From the NCBI GenBank assembly GCA_964019425.1, contig OZ025783.1:1054001-1118000 (forward strand): a stretch of DNA of 64,000 nucleotides, read 5' to 3'. Both the position numbers and the translations under genes were made by a program. Under the pieces are notes generated by a model. That model was not told the origin of the DNA and ran no database searches. It saw nothing but the letters and a program-made list of their open reading frames with translations. Positions 10,701 through 23,659 of this stretch are shown here, one piece after another. Position 1 is the first letter of the stretch. The number at the start of each line of letters is the position of its first letter. Origin of the DNA: Flectonema sp. DT1601 (taxonomy: Eukaryota).

Positions 10701-13311
10701 ATCGTCTTCCTCTGTAAGTTCCTTCTCATTTCTCTTTAGCTTTCGTGCTAAGGCTTCCTTTTCTCGTTGACCAGCTGCTAATAAGTCTTTGGTTTTATTT
10801 TCTTCTTCCTCTGCTATTTCGTTGTCAATTTCATTTATCATCATTGTCAGGGCGGATATTTCTTCATCGTCTTCTTCTTCAGAAAGCTGGATTTCAATCT
10901 CTTCTTTTTCTTGTTGTAGTTCTTCAATTCTAGAGTTGTAGTTGATTGTGATGTGACGTCGTTCTTCTTCTCTTTCAAAGTCTTCAGTTTTTTCTATAGC
11001 GTCTATCAGCAGCTTTTGTCTGCGACGATCGTGGTCTGCTATAGACTCGGAGTCATCGCCCAACGACGGGATCTCAGAGAGATCCGCTGCAGTGTTGTCT
11101 GAGTGCTGCTGTCGTTGTTTTGAGTTTTCTACTGCAGGTAGATTATCTGGTTTGTGTGGAACTTTAGGATCGTATTTCTTGATTGGTGTCTCAACAATGG
11201 ATTGGTTCCTCTTAGCAATATTAGCACTTCGAGTTGATGTAATGTATTGTTGTTCATGTTTTGATTTATTATTAGAAGTATTACCGCTACTGCTACCTCT
11301 AACTGGTTCTAATTCGAGATTTTCATCGCGAAGTGATTTCCGATGTTTACCAATTTCTGATCTTCTTCTTGACGTCGGTTGATTTCTCGCAGCCTTCAGT
11401 CCTGGAAGTTCATTTTGCTCGTTGGTGGTCGACTTTCCTTTTTGTTTATTCTTGGTAGACTGTCTGCGATCTCTGTCTGATGTTGATGCCCACGTTGGAG
11501 TCGATTCATTAGTTGACTTCCCTTGTTGATTAGATGTACTGTTTCCATCTGATTGGTCATCTCTCGTCTTATCACGCTGAGTGCTACCTACTGAGCCAGC
11601 ACTGGATCGTTGATTGTGTGTTCTGCTGTTTCTACCTTTTGATTCCTGATCGCTGTTTGAATGTTTTGTGCCACCTCCTTCCGCAGTAGCACTCCCTCCT
11701 CTGGAGTTGCTAGTCCTGCTTCCTTTACTTGTTCCTTCCCTGTCTCGAGGGCTCTGTTTCGGTGTCGAATATTCATTGCCGCTATTTTTTGACTTTCTCA
11801 CATCTCGTTCTGTGGGATTTTGATGACTTGTTGGATCAGACCTATTGTTTGAGAGTCCAGGACCAGTTCTGGTCTCCCCGCTAGACTTTCGTGAGTTACT
11901 ATCGGAGTGCTGTCCCGTTGTTTCTTTATTTCTATCGACGTTAGATTTCTTAATACCTTCTCGATTAGTATCCGCATTGCTTCTTTTTGTGTTGTAATTC
12001 TTGTCGCCAGTTGAAACCATGTTAACTCTATTCCCTTCTGTGTTATGTTTAGATTCCTCAGTGGTATTGTTTGAGGATATTTTCTTCCCAGAGTCTCCTA
12101 CTACTCGGTCTTTAGAAGGATCAATGTGTGCCGTAGATGGTTTTTTAGATGCTGTTGTTATTTCATTAGTTCTTCCAGCTCTTGTACCTTCGTTGTTGTC
12201 TGTGTTTCCCTCTCTGGAGTTGAGTTCTGTGTTTTTGATATCTCTCTGTCTTTGATTACTACCTTCAGGTGTATCGTCACTGGAGTGTCTGTTTAACGTA
12301 TTTGGATTCCTTTTGTCTTTCAGCCTCCTAGCAGCAGACTCGTCTTCGATGTTGCCCCGCCCACCGTTGCCTGAGGTGTCACCCTGTTCACGGTTGTCTG
12401 CGGTGTCACCCTTGTCTGCAGTGTTACTCCGCCCACCATTGCCTGCAGTGTCATCTTGTTCACGAATAAGTGCAGTGTTACCGATGTTACCCTGCCCACC
12501 ATTGCCAGCGGTATTAGAGTTACCCCGACCACTATTGTCTGCGGTACCTTCACGATTGTCTGCGGTGTTACTCCGCCCGCCATTGTCCGCGGTGTTAGAG
12601 TTCCCCCGACCACCATTGTCTGAGGTACCTTCACAATTGTCTGCGGTGTTACTCCGCCCACCATTGCCCGCAGTGTCACGTTGTTCACTATTGTCTGCGA
12701 TGTTACTCCGCCCACCATTGCCTGCGATGTTACTCGTATTATTAGGTTCAGCGTTCAATATAGCTTCTCCCTCACAAGGATTGCTAGCTGTATTGATAGA
12801 CTCCCCTTCACCAGTAGTGTGCTGTTGTGATGCGACAGCGATGCTTTGGTGACCACCATTCCCGCCGCCATCTTTACGATGTTTGTGAGCTTGCTGGTTG
12901 GGACTGTTCCCACGATCTGCACCGTGTGGACGAGATTGTTGATTAGGTGCTAATCCCGAGCTGGGAGGAGTAGGATGGGAATTATCATGTCCGATATTAC
13001 CACTAGGATTGCTCTTGTTGACACTGACACGGCGTTTTGCAGCCGATTTTTGACTTTGGGGTTTGCGTGGGTTTCCTCTCTGTGACGGGGACATGTTCGG
13101 CTCATCAGTGCGATCTACTTCATCTTTACTAATAGAAGGAGGAATAGTACCGTAATTGTCATTTGATGTATTGGATATTTGTTTTTTATTTGATTTACTA
13201 CCTGCGACAGACTTTCTCTTTTCTCCGTCACTCTTCTTTCGGGGCTTTCGCCACCTTCTGTGTTGTCCGTCTTCATCATCATCATCATCATCTTCAATAA
13301 TAATATTATTA

Positions 13312-13345
<34 letters not shown>

Positions 13346-14372
13346 CAGATTGTATGTTTTCATTATAATCATTTGAGGTATGTTTTGGAGATGGTTGTTT
13401 CGTTGGTTCAGGAATTGTTCTTTTGAAGGGCTCACCCTGAATGCTAATACGCATGCAGGCTTCCAAGAAGTCTGCGTACTCTCTGTGGTCCGAAGTCTCA
13501 CACCAAATATCAGCAAATTGAAACATCGCATCGTTAAATAGATCTGTGCTCATGGTAGACATTCCTTTGGAATCAGTCTTCCAATCTTCTTCGATGCACA
13601 TTTCGCATTCTCCTTCAGAAGCATTCGGAACAAACGTTCTAAATAACTTCGAAGATAACCAAGAGTATATGTCTTTATCAATTATATCTGTGTTGGAACA
13701 TTTTGGTAGTTTTGCCCACCAGATTTCGAGTTTACTTAAGATAAGCTTATTTGTTTTATTGTTCTTTCTGCGGGTTTGATTGTCGGTGTTGTACATTTCG
13801 AGGTTTCCTTGTAGCCTGTATGTGTGGTTGAGATCTTGTTCTCCACTTACTTCACATATAATTCCATAGTCTTCAATGGTTGACTTAAGCTCTTCACGAA
13901 TTCGTTCATATCGTTTTCCCTTGTTGCTGCCGAGCTTGTCAAGTTTACTGAGGTTACTGCTTAGTTTTCTTGAGTTATAATTCTGTCTAAGCCTCTCTGT
14001 AAGTTCTTCATTACGAGATTGAATAACGTCCATGAGACCTGTAAACTTTGCTTGCGCGGCTTTAACTGGGTCGTTGTATTTCTTTAAAACGATCTGCCAA
14101 ACCGAAAGTGGAACTTTTTCATCCGATTCTGGTTCTGGTTCTGGTTGTGAAACTGGTTCCTGTTGCTGCAGCAGAGCCGGGTCGCTATCTCGTAGTTTTG
14201 CTTTCACTGGTGACAGAATTGGTGATCTTTTCGGCTTTGGTTTCTCAATAGAGAGTTGCTTTCTAAACACCGTTGGTACTGGAGATGATTCATTTCCGAT
14301 TTCCTGAGCTATTCGGGCAGCGTCGCTGTTATTCGTCGTCGACATCGACGCGCCACCGACTGTGAGATCCAT
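7776..14372 (-). CDS. Giant (~2200 aa) low-complexity/coiled-coil protein with C-terminal RNI-like leucine-rich repeats
   Basis: Long ORF; first ATG at 14372 after an AACAG near 14397. LRR segments LLDLSTNYI, KISLRDNGL, EIDLTGNKRL; E/R/K-rich coiled coils; EF-hand-like N-terminal segment. Confidence 0.85.
12350..12735 (-). repeat. Coding tandem repeat (NTAG/DNGGRSNTADN units)
   Basis: Repeated GTGTTACTCCGCCCACCATTG-type units of variable length inside the giant ORF. Confidence 0.85.
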
Positions 14373-14748
14373 CTTGTTGTTCTCCCCTCCCACCAACTGT
14401 TGTTTTAAATAATTTACAACCGAACAAGAAATATAACTTTTTCAAAAAGAAAGAATGACACCATATAAACCCGTCAGTGTTTCCGTAGAATAGCTCCTGC
14501 AGAAAGTAAATAAATTAACTACTTGGTATGAAGCTTTCGACTAAATAATCTTCACAAAGCCAAACGACGACGACACGCGCAAGTGCTTCGCGAACCTACT
14601 AACACAAAGTAACGAAGGGGAAATAGACAACAGCCTTAAAGTACCATCGTTTTCTGAGTTCCGCAAAGAATTCAACGCCGTGGTTCCTGATACAGACCAG
14701 TAACGGTGTTTTCTTTCCGATTGCAATAAACTACAAGCAACATACTTC

Positions 14749-15486
14749 TCAGAAGAGGTAGGTGCTGATAAAGGATTTTTCTTCTCCTCCAAAGTTGGCA
14801 ATAAGATGACCATCCTCAGTAAGACGTAAAGCCTTTCCTTCAGCACCACGAGAGCCATCATCACACCTTTCATAAATAGGAGTGTTCCAGTCAATTCTCT
14901 TAGAGCATTCAGCCACTGCTTGGAATTCCGTAGAAGGTTGTGACAAGATTTTTCTTAAACTGTTAAATAAGAATTCAATAACAGTCTCCGGATCTTCGGA
15001 AACTCCAAAGTTAGAGAAACACGTTGCTGTTCTCCCACCATCACTAATCTCAGGTTGCACTAAAACATTAATCCCAATACCAACAATGTAATGATTGAGA
15101 CTGTCTTCAATAATGTTGCCGGAGATCTTTTTTCCGTTGACGAGGACGTCGTTCGGCCACTTTACGTTGACCTGAGCATCGGAGGATTTTAAAAAGTGAT
15201 GAACTGTATCATGCATTCCGACAGCGGTGTACATTGGAAGGAACCTCGCCTTGTCAATACCAACTTCACTCTTTGGTACGCAGATTGAAACATAAACATT
15301 TCCAGCAGGACTTACCCACTTTCTAGCTGAAGTACCTCTGCCTGATGCTTGTTGCTCAGCTGAAACACAAATCCAGGTATCATTTTCTTTCGAACAAACC
15401 TCTTTCGCTACATCCATCGTACTGCTGACCATCGCATGCCTCTCAAATAGCACTCCCGCTTCCCGCTTTCTAATTACGTCTCCCAT
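14749..15486 (-). CDS. BPL: Biotin-protein ligase (BirA-like, no HTH domain)
   Basis: AEQQASGRGTSARKWVSP and KWPNDVLVNGKKISG motifs; VGIGINV. Confidence 0.93.
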   Translation of the reverse strand: MGDVIRKREAGVLFERHAMVSSTMDVAKEVCSKENDTWICVSAEQQASGRGTSARKWVSPAGNVYVSICVPKSEVGIDKARFLPMYTAVGMHDTVHHFLKSSDAQVNVKWPNDVLVNGKKISGNIIEDSLNHYIVGIGINVLVQPEISDGGRTATCFSNFGVSEDPETVIEFLFNSLRKILSQPSTEFQAVAECSKRIDWNTPIYERCDDGSRGAEGKALRLTEDGHLIANFGGEEKSFISTYLF

Positions 15487-15775
15487 GCGAATAACAGTTC
15501 TGACAGCCCCGCGGTGCCAATTGGCGACAATCTTGTTTATCCTTCTGAGAAGAAAATAATATTAAAAGTATACACAAGATCACTTTAGATAAATCAATTA
15601 AACTAGCAGCAGAAATAGCTGAGAGGAATTTGTGCTTCGAGTTAGAATAGCACAGCAGGTGTTGCTTCTGTTTATCTCAAATAAATGCAATCGTTCGGTT
15701 GAAAAAATTCGCGCCCAAAATATAGCATTTGATGAAAAGGATACTTCGAACAGGATCGAGTTTATATAAAAGAAA

Positions 15776-16280
15776 GAGATTTTCGCTATTGGGGGGTCCA
15801 ATAATTCCATTTTCGCTATTCAGTAAAAGAATTTTTTTTTTTTTCGCTGTTCACTGAATATGACCGGTGCACTCCTGTTTCTGACCGGGTTATCAGGGTA
15901 TCTAACTCATGCAGGCATGAGAGCTTTTTTAAGGCTACTTTGAATTATCAAGAGCGCAGTACTGCCCGAAGGGTTCCCGCGTGTCAAGATGCATTTGCAT
16001 GTACTGAGCAGAGGTTCCAGAAAGATTACTTTTATCATTTGGGACGGCACAAAGCTTTTGTCCAAGTGACAAAAAAAAAAAAAAAAAAAAAAAAAAAGGG
16101 GGAAAAAAAAATTTTGGCAGTGGAAAAAGTTGTAACTTGTAGTGAACAGCGGAAAAAAAAAATTTCTTTTACTGAACGGCGAAAAAAAATTATCACTTTT
16201 AGTGAACAGCGAAAAAAAAGTTACTGCTTTTAGTGAATAGCGAAAATGACATTATCAGGCACCCCAATAGCGAAAATCTC
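15776..16280. mobile_element. Non-autonomous Mutator/Foldback-like MITE (505 bp)
   Basis: Perfect 19-bp terminal inverted repeat GAGATTTTCGCTATTGGGG / CCCCAATAGCGAAAATCTC. ~30-bp subterminal repeats (AGTGAACAGCGAAAA). 9-bp target-site duplication TAAAAGAAA at 15767-15775 and 16281-16289. Confidence 0.9.
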
Positions 16281-16337
16281 TAAAAGAAAACTAAAAAAAA
16301 AAAAAAAAAATTACAATTCAAGCTTGGTTAACGTATT

Positions 16338-17999
16338 TCAAACATCAACGACGATTATTGAGCATTCATTACCCTCAAGGGAGTTGTTTGATTCAATTCG
16401 TTCTTTAGTAAGCCTGTCTTGTTCAGTAAACTTCTCAGCGTCTTCATACATTGTTTCAATGTCTTCGTCTGTTATCCTTCCTTTGTCGTTTGAAATTGTG
16501 ATGCTTGATTTGATACTTGATGTTTTTACCTCTGCTGACACACACATTATGCCGTTGGCATCGATGTCGAAAGTTATTTCTATCTGAGGAATACCACGAG
16601 GAGCAGGTGGTATTCCAGAAATAGTAAACACTCCCAGTTGGTTACAACCACTTGTGAGTTCTCTCAATCCCTCATACGCTTGAATACGAACAGTGTTTTG
16701 GTTGTCTGAATAAGTAGAAACCATTTTAGTCCCCCTGGATGGCATTGAAGAGTGCATCGGAAGTATTGGAACCATTATCCCACCTGCTGATTCTATTCCA
16801 TAATTCAGAACAGTCCAATTAGTAAAAGCAAATCTACTTACTTTAGTATTTGCTAGAATAAAAGCCTGCACGGCAGCCCCGTGAGCGACTGCCTCGTCAG
16901 GATTGATTGACATGTTGAGTTCCATTCCACCAAAGAAGTCACTAATCATTAACTGAACCCTTGGGATTCTTGTTGATCCTCCAACGAGGATAACTTCGTG
17001 AATCATTCTTCTGTTTTGTATTCTGCAGTCTTGTAAAACTCGTTCAATAAATTTTAAACAGGATTGAAACAGGTCAACACAAAGCTCCTCAAAACCCGCT
17101 CTCGTAATTGAAGTGTAGAAATCAATTCCTTCATACAATTCGTTTATTTCAATTGAAGTCTGATCTAATGATGATAGAGTTCTCTTTGACCTCTCGCATG
17201 AGGTTCTGAGTCTGTGAAGTGCGTGAGGGTCCTGTGAGATGTCTTTTTTGTGCTTTCTTTGGAACTCTTCAACGAAGAAGTTGACCATTCGATTGTTAAA
17301 GTCTTCACCTCCCAAATGGGTGTCACCAGCAGTCGCCTTCACCTCAAAGATTCCCCCGTCGATGGACATCAGAGTGACGTCACAGGTACCACCACCCAAA
17401 TCAAAAATAATAAAATTCTTTTCAGGCTCTTCGTGCTTATGGAAACCGTACGCGATAGCTGCGGCTGTGGGTTCGTTGATGATTCTCAGAACTTCAACAC
17501 CAGAAATAGCTCCAGCATCCTTAGTAGCAGATCTTTGAAAATCATTAAAGTAAGCAGGTACTGTAATCACTGCTTTCTTAATATCCTTTCCTAGGTATGA
17601 CTCAGCAAGGTTTCTCATCTTTGTGAGTATCATGGCTGAGATTTCTTCAGGTGTGAACTGTTTAGTCTCACCGAGGTACTCAACTTCAATTAGTGGTATT
17701 TGGTTAGAATTTGATGTTACTTTAAACGGCCAGTATTTCATATCTGACTGAACAGAAGGATCTAAAATTTTACGACCTATTAATCTCTTCATATCAAAGA
17801 TGGTGTTGGTCGGATTTAAAGCCAATTGATCCTTGGCGGCATCACCGATCAGACGCTCGCTGTTATTAAAAGAAACGCATGACGGAGTAGTTCTATTACC
17901 TTGATCGTTAGCTACGATCTCAACTCTTTCATTTTTCCAAACTCCGACACATGAGTAGGTTGTTCCCAAGTCGATACCTATCACTTCATCATAAGTCAT
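16338..17999 (-). CDS. HSP70: Atypical, truncated cytosolic-type Hsp70 (possible decaying paralogue)
   Basis: [50 protein letters not shown]. Linker is aberrant; most of the lid and the EEVD end are missing. Confidence 0.9.
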   Translation of the reverse strand: MTYDEVIGIDLGTTYSCVGVWKNERVEIVANDQGNRTTPSCVSFNNSERLIGDAAKDQLALNPTNTIFDMKRLIGRKILDPSVQSDMKYWPFKVTSNSNQIPLIEVEYLGETKQFTPEEISAMILTKMRNLAESYLGKDIKKAVITVPAYFNDFQRSATKDAGAISGVEVLRIINEPTAAAIAYGFHKHEEPEKNFIIFDLGGGTCDVTLMSIDGGIFEVKATAGDTHLGGEDFNNRMVNFFVEEFQRKHKKDISQDPHALHRLRTSCERSKRTLSSLDQTSIEINELYEGIDFYTSITRAGFEELCVDLFQSCLKFIERVLQDCRIQNRRMIHEVILVGGSTRIPRVQLMISDFFGGMELNMSINPDEAVAHGAAVQAFILANTKVSRFAFTNWTVLNYGIESAGGIMVPILPMHSSMPSRGTKMVSTYSDNQNTVRIQAYEGLRELTSGCNQLGVFTISGIPPAPRGIPQIEITFDIDANGIMCVSAEVKTSSIKSSITISNDKGRITDEDIETMYEDAEKFTEQDRLTKERIESNNSLEGNECSIIVVDV

Positions 18000-18157
18000 A
18001 GTAGTGTTATCTGATTACGAGAAAATATTATCAACAACGAGTTTTTTTTTTTATAACAACAACAATAACAACAAGCCTTCTTCCTAAATTAATGTCACTG
18101 TTAAGAGTAGAACAAAAACAGAATGGTTTTTTTGATTTTCTTAGGCGTAGGCTTGAT

Positions 18158-18193
<36 letters not shown>

Positions 18194-20040
18194 CTTTCTT
18201 TTTTTTGTTCTTTTTTCCACAAAGAAAGAAGACAGCCATCTCCAATAACCAAAGCAACAAAAAAGAAGGAAAGGGGGAAAAATAAAACAAAAGAAAGTCA
18301 ACGAAATACAACTAATACAAAACGAACCAACAGTGCGACAATAAAAAAAATAAATAAAAATAGACTAACAGAATGAAGTAACTTCAACAACGAATCCCAC
18401 GCGAAAACTTTGAGAATCTCACGGGATGCAAATAGCGATATCAAGGAAATGCATATTTGGTATCCCAACTTTAATTCAAAAGTAAATCAGTGTGATTTTT
18501 TATCTGAAAACTAATACCAAGTCTCGGCATTAAGTTGACAGAACAGAGCAGCAGAAATAATTGCGTCCTATTCACACCTTTTACTACTTTTCTTTTTTTC
18601 CTTTTTTTTTTTTTTTTTTTTCGTTCCAAAAATTTCGGTTAATTAAAGTGTGTCAATTCGGACGAAGGTGTGGCGTTTATGTTTTTTCCCTCCCCGTTTT
18701 TTTTTTTTTTTTTTTTCCCCCCTTCCTGTTAATTTCATACGGGTGGGTCGACCACAGAAGTACTGTGAACAAACCAGCGTGTCCAAAGCAGGCGTTCGTC
18801 TTGTATGATAAAACATGGAATAACAAGGGATTGATTCTCTCGGTCATTTTTATTGTTTCTTAACCTAATTTAAGGTAAGGCTCCAAAACTGACACTCGTG
18901 CCGCCCCAGCGGGATCAATTGGGACTGTCGGGGTCGTACTGATAGTAATAAAGGGAAAAACAAAACAAAAAAAAGGAGGTGCTTTGGTTTGTTTAGCAAA
19001 GCAACAAAAAAAAACTTTTTTATCTAGCCAGAAAAAATGTATGCTGTTTAATGCGAAACTTTCTTTCTTTCTTTCTTTTTTTTTTTTTTTTCTTTTCGGG
19101 ATTGGTTCGGGTGCTCACTTAGTAAGTTTTTATATTGAGAAATGTCCCACAATAATAATAATAATACAACCCTGACTCGAGAACGACTTAGACCAGGTAG
19201 AGCTATTCTAACGGAGCACCTTCCTCCTCCCTAAATTCATCATCTACAGCAAAACTCAAATTGTTACTCTGAAAAGTTAAGTAATGCATTTTTTTTTTTT
19301 TTTTTTTTTTCCCACAACACACATAAAAAAAAAAAAAAAAAAAAAAGTATCAGACTCGACAATAAAAAATTAAAAAAAAAGAAAATCGTTAAAGTAAATA
19401 GTGAAAATCAATCTTCCCAACACAAGATCGAAACTTTTTGTATTAGAAAGGATTTTCTAAGTAATTAGAAGCAACTTAGCTGCTCGATATATCATAGATA
19501 GCATTTTATGTACCAGCAGAATAGTTCTCTCTCTTTGGTGGTTGTCGTGTTATAAACAACAAGTGTTGTAGAAATAGTAATACCGTATGAATCGAGAGTT
19601 TTTGTTTTTTTTGTTTTTTGACTCAATCTTACGATGTGTGTCCGCAATCACCTACCAACCACCAACTACTATGAAGCTCAACTAGGAACATTTGTTATTT
19701 AAGTTTAAAGTTAGCAGTTGCAGGTTTGTACAGCAGTATACCAAAGTCATGGTAACGCTTACAACGCAGACAGGACCGCAGCAGCTAACTCAGTTAAAAG
19801 TTTGCTTCTGATTTTTAAAAAAAAAAAAAGAACGAAAAAATGATTCGAAGATGAAGTTTTTTCATTCTCTTCACAACAACAACAAACAACAGATACGTAT
19901 ATCAAACAACATAATAATAATAATAATAATAATATGTTATTCTCACAAGAGTTGTCTACGTCAAATGAAAGGGTGTCCTTCTCCAAAATAATTAAAGAAC
20001 CAATCACTAAAAGTTAAATAACCGAACCACCAATCCCAAC

Positions 20041-22014
20041 CTACAAGTTGACTGGAGGAGAGTCAGGCTGCTCATCGTCGTCACTCTCACCATAATTTGA
20101 ACATTGAGGAGTGTGAAATGAGCAAGCAGATGAAACATCCATGTCTAGCTGTTGAGATGGAGAGTTGACGATCTGTGGAGTTAGTTGAGTAGATGACGGA
20201 TTGAAAGAAGCGAGTCTTCGAACATCAACAGCCATTTCCTCCTCCACCATCTGTTCTCGTTTTCGAAGTACTTCAAGAAAGACGTCCATGTCCCTGTCAG
20301 ATTTTGCAGTAATAGTTAAAGTAGGTATAGCTTCACCACTAATCTCAATCGTATTGTTTTTTAGTCTGGTCACAGTACACTCAGACACGTCGTAAACGGC
20401 GTTTGGTCGCTCTCCGAGTAGCTTCCTTCCGTAGATCTCTAAAATAGAACCTCCAGAAGTAAGTTTTAACCATCTCTTCTTGGTCCTTAAAAATCTAAGC
20501 CTCTTTCCCACAGCAATTGACATACTGCAAATCGCATGCGTTTTACGATCTTCGCAGAGCTTTAGTAATGTAGCTGCTTCTCTTGATCTACCATTAGTAA
20601 TTCCCATTATCCTATCACATATATTTATAACACCATCAACTTCCCTAAGTTGATATAACCCAACGGCTTGGTAATGCAGGCATCTGAGTTGAAGAGTTAA
20701 TTTTGACTCGTCGTGGCATATTTCATATTCTAAAGCTCTCATTTTTAATACGCCTTCCTTGATGTTATTTCTTAACCCAGAATGAATAAGGAGCAGGGCA
20801 AGGTTGAATGAGGCGCGGAAAGCATCTTCGGTACCGTGGGCCGAGACTTCCTCAAGACGTGCATGATCGATTTCGGACAGATTAGGTGAAGCGTCTAAGT
20901 CTTCTAAATACGTTTCCATGGTCTCGACATCACCAGCTCTCGGAGTGAAAAACTCATCAGATCCGTGCGATGTGATGGGAGATCCTAAACCGGATTCACT
21001 TTTCTTGTGCGCGGCATGTGTCTTATGTAACTTATGCTCTCCATTACTAAAATTATTTCCGTTGCTGTGTAGTAGTTCTGGCCTTTTCACAGGCGGCCTT
21101 AATTTTCGTGGAGATGCATCTGTTTGTTCTGCTGTAGGTGACTTCGACGCTTTCTTCTTTGCTGCTGCTGCTGCCGCGGCTTCTGATTTCTTAGTTTTTG
21201 CATCCTTTGCTGGAATTACTTTAACCACGGCATCCTTGTTGTCGCCGAGTAGGTCTTCATGCCAGAGTTCGAGCCTCCATAAGTATTCCCCACTTCGAGT
21301 TTTAGCGAGTATCGGAAAGGGTTGGCTGTTTAGAAAACGAGCGAAACGAATGGTCGTAACGCCAATAATAGCACTGAAGTCACTGAACATTAATTTGTCC
21401 CCGTTAATATCAAATGTGTACTCTACTCCCGGTTCAAAGTAACGGGACTCTATGTGTTCTCGAATTTGAACTTTTCGATCTTTTTTTGTTTTCCATTTCG
21501 AATCAAGTCCCTCAGGAGTTATAACTTCGATAATATTCGGAGCGGGTGATTCCTGATCGCTGTGAATAGCATCAGCAGCACTACAAAGGTTATTTAAGAA
21601 ATAAGGTTTTTCTCCATGCAGATCCAGATCGAATCCCGGATATATTTTTCTAACTATCGACATTAATGCTCCAGTTCCCCATGGTAGATTAACAAGAGGT
21701 CTTTCCCATTCCCATCCCGTAAGAACTTCTGACCAACAGAGCCGTCGCTTAAACTTCCCCTGAACTGTTACCACACTGCACCGTTTCTTAGTACCGAATC
21801 GTTCATTCTCTCCCCACGGGTTTTTCTTACAATTATTAGCTCCTTTAACGCATACCATCAGTCTTCCTTTGAACAAATCTGATTCAAACTCCACTGGTTC
21901 ATCATTATTTATTGGTAACTCTTCAGCTGCTATGGTTCCACCTCCCCTGTTTGGATGCCCACGAAGTAGAATTGGTCCATGTTTCCAATCCTTAGGATGG
22001 GGAAGCGCACCCAT
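20041..22014 (-). CDS. DUF1769-like + Fis1-like TPR + PH-like protein
   Basis: N-terminal PVEFESDLFKGRLMV...VQGKFKR; central FNLALLLIHS..NNIKEGV...HYQAVGLYQLRE; C-terminal KKRWLKL...LEIY PH-like region. Confidence 0.8.
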   Translation of the reverse strand: MGALPHPKDWKHGPILLRGHPNRGGGTIAAEELPINNDEPVEFESDLFKGRLMVCVKGANNCKKNPWGENERFGTKKRCSVVTVQGKFKRRLCWSEVLTGWEWERPLVNLPWGTGALMSIVRKIYPGFDLDLHGEKPYFLNNLCSAADAIHSDQESPAPNIIEVITPEGLDSKWKTKKDRKVQIREHIESRYFEPGVEYTFDINGDKLMFSDFSAIIGVTTIRFARFLNSQPFPILAKTRSGEYLWRLELWHEDLLGDNKDAVVKVIPAKDAKTKKSEAAAAAAAKKKASKSPTAEQTDASPRKLRPPVKRPELLHSNGNNFSNGEHKLHKTHAAHKKSESGLGSPITSHGSDEFFTPRAGDVETMETYLEDLDASPNLSEIDHARLEEVSAHGTEDAFRASFNLALLLIHSGLRNNIKEGVLKMRALEYEICHDESKLTLQLRCLHYQAVGLYQLREVDGVINICDRIMGITNGRSREAATLLKLCEDRKTHAICSMSIAVGKRLRFLRTKKRWLKLTSGGSILEIYGRKLLGERPNAVYDVSECTVTRLKNNTIEISGEAIPTLTITAKSDRDMDVFLEVLRKREQMVEEEMAVDVRRLASFNPSSTQLTPQIVNSPSQQLDMDVSSACSFHTPQCSNYGESDDDEQPDSPPVNL

Positions 22015-23659
22015 TCGCCCTGACTAAATAATATAACGTAACAGTTATACAAAAAACAAAATAATAATAAGAGACGTTGATTCTCTAATTAACACGCCGA
22101 TGTTGGTCTTCTGTCTAATAAAGTAGCAAACACGGCCTGCTAACTTTAATGACTAATGTGTTGTTTTATTGCGCAAGATTAGAAACAAAGGAACAAGGGG
22201 AAAAGAAAGAAAAGAAATTTGTACACAACAAGTTTAATAATTATCACTTAGGCATAAGGCAGTGGTGTCCCACCGATAGGAAAAGACGACCTAGCAGAAT
22301 CGTGAACATGCGCCCAGAACATTATACGATCAAACAAAAAAAAAAAAAAAAAAAAAAAAAGTAGCGGATGGAACCCGGGATAAAAAGAATAAAGTATAGC
22401 AATAAAAACAGACTAACTATTTCTGAGGAATTGATAATCAGACAACATTCAGCTAAGAACGTTGTCGAAATAGAGTCCAAAGAAACTAACACTCCAATTA
22501 ACAATCTTGCGACCAACACCGATCGTTGATTTCACTGAAAGGATACGAATACAAAAAAAACTACAACAAAAATACAGACAACAAAAAACAATGATGCAGA
22601 TAATAAAAGCGAAAGTCAACTGTAGCCACAAACAACAATCTCCTTAGACTGCTCTTTGTACAAAAGTTGGTGTAAAGAAAGAATACTTTTATCTTTTTTT
22701 ATATGTGAGAATGCTAACCATCTATACAATGAACCTTAACCTCATATTTAGAGATTAATGAATATTTTTGACAGCGAATTATTATACTCGGTGAACAAGT
22801 ACCCTTCACGGGGTCACACAATCAGAAACAAGAAAAATAATGAAAAGGATTAAGTCATGGAAATATTGTAACCGAAAGAAGAAAAAAAGTAAATCGGTGA
22901 TCACTTACCTTACTTATCATCGAAAAAGGATGTGCGATATGCCTCTTCTCTTGTGTAGTAGTCGAGTTGTTTCGCTACACAGCAAGGAAATGATGTGATT
23001 TTTTTTTTTTTTTTTTTTTTTTTATACTTCATTTTTTTTCATTAGTTTTAATTTGATACGTTGTCGTTGTCGTTGTCGTCAATAGGAAACATTTTATTTA
23101 TAATTTTTTTTTTAGAAAAACTAAAAAAAAAAAAAAAAAAAAAATGAAAATGAAAAACAGTCATTCTGAATACCAGAATGGAATACCTGTCTTCGCTATG
23201 AACGCAACTGTAAAGCAAAGCAAACTCCTCACGACAAGAATGTTGTGAGTTGTTCCAACCAGCCATGTGAATTAATTATAAAGTCATGTTTCCTTTGGTG
23301 GATTACTTACAGATAATCAAAGAACTCATAATTGTCGTACTGTTACATCGAACCTCGAAGTCGACGTAAAACAATTTGAGATACTTCGATAACTTCTGAT
23401 AGGAAATCACAAAGAATAAAAATAAAAATATACAAAAAAAAAAAAAGGAAAAGGAAATACATCGGAGTTAAAAAATTCTTTTCATTAAAAAAGATTTTTT
23501 TTTTTTTTTTTTTTTTTTTTCTGACTGAAAGGAACGATAAATTAGACAGAACATGTTTTATTGATTGGCGATCAAATCTCTTTGTACTCGCACTGGTAAA
23601 ACGTAACCACCAAAAGAAGGTACATTATCCCAATTTTTTTTATATTTTTTTTAAATTGA

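Noticed and set aside
15894..15905. 12-nt match to bacterial 16S (CAGGGTATCTAA) inside the MITE
   Set aside because: Too short and the flanks do not match; probably chance.
16792..16841. GTAAGT...TACTAAT as an intron in the Hsp70 linker
   Set aside because: The nearby AG sites give lengths of 49, 55 or 58 nt, all frameshifting, and would remove the conserved GIE motif.
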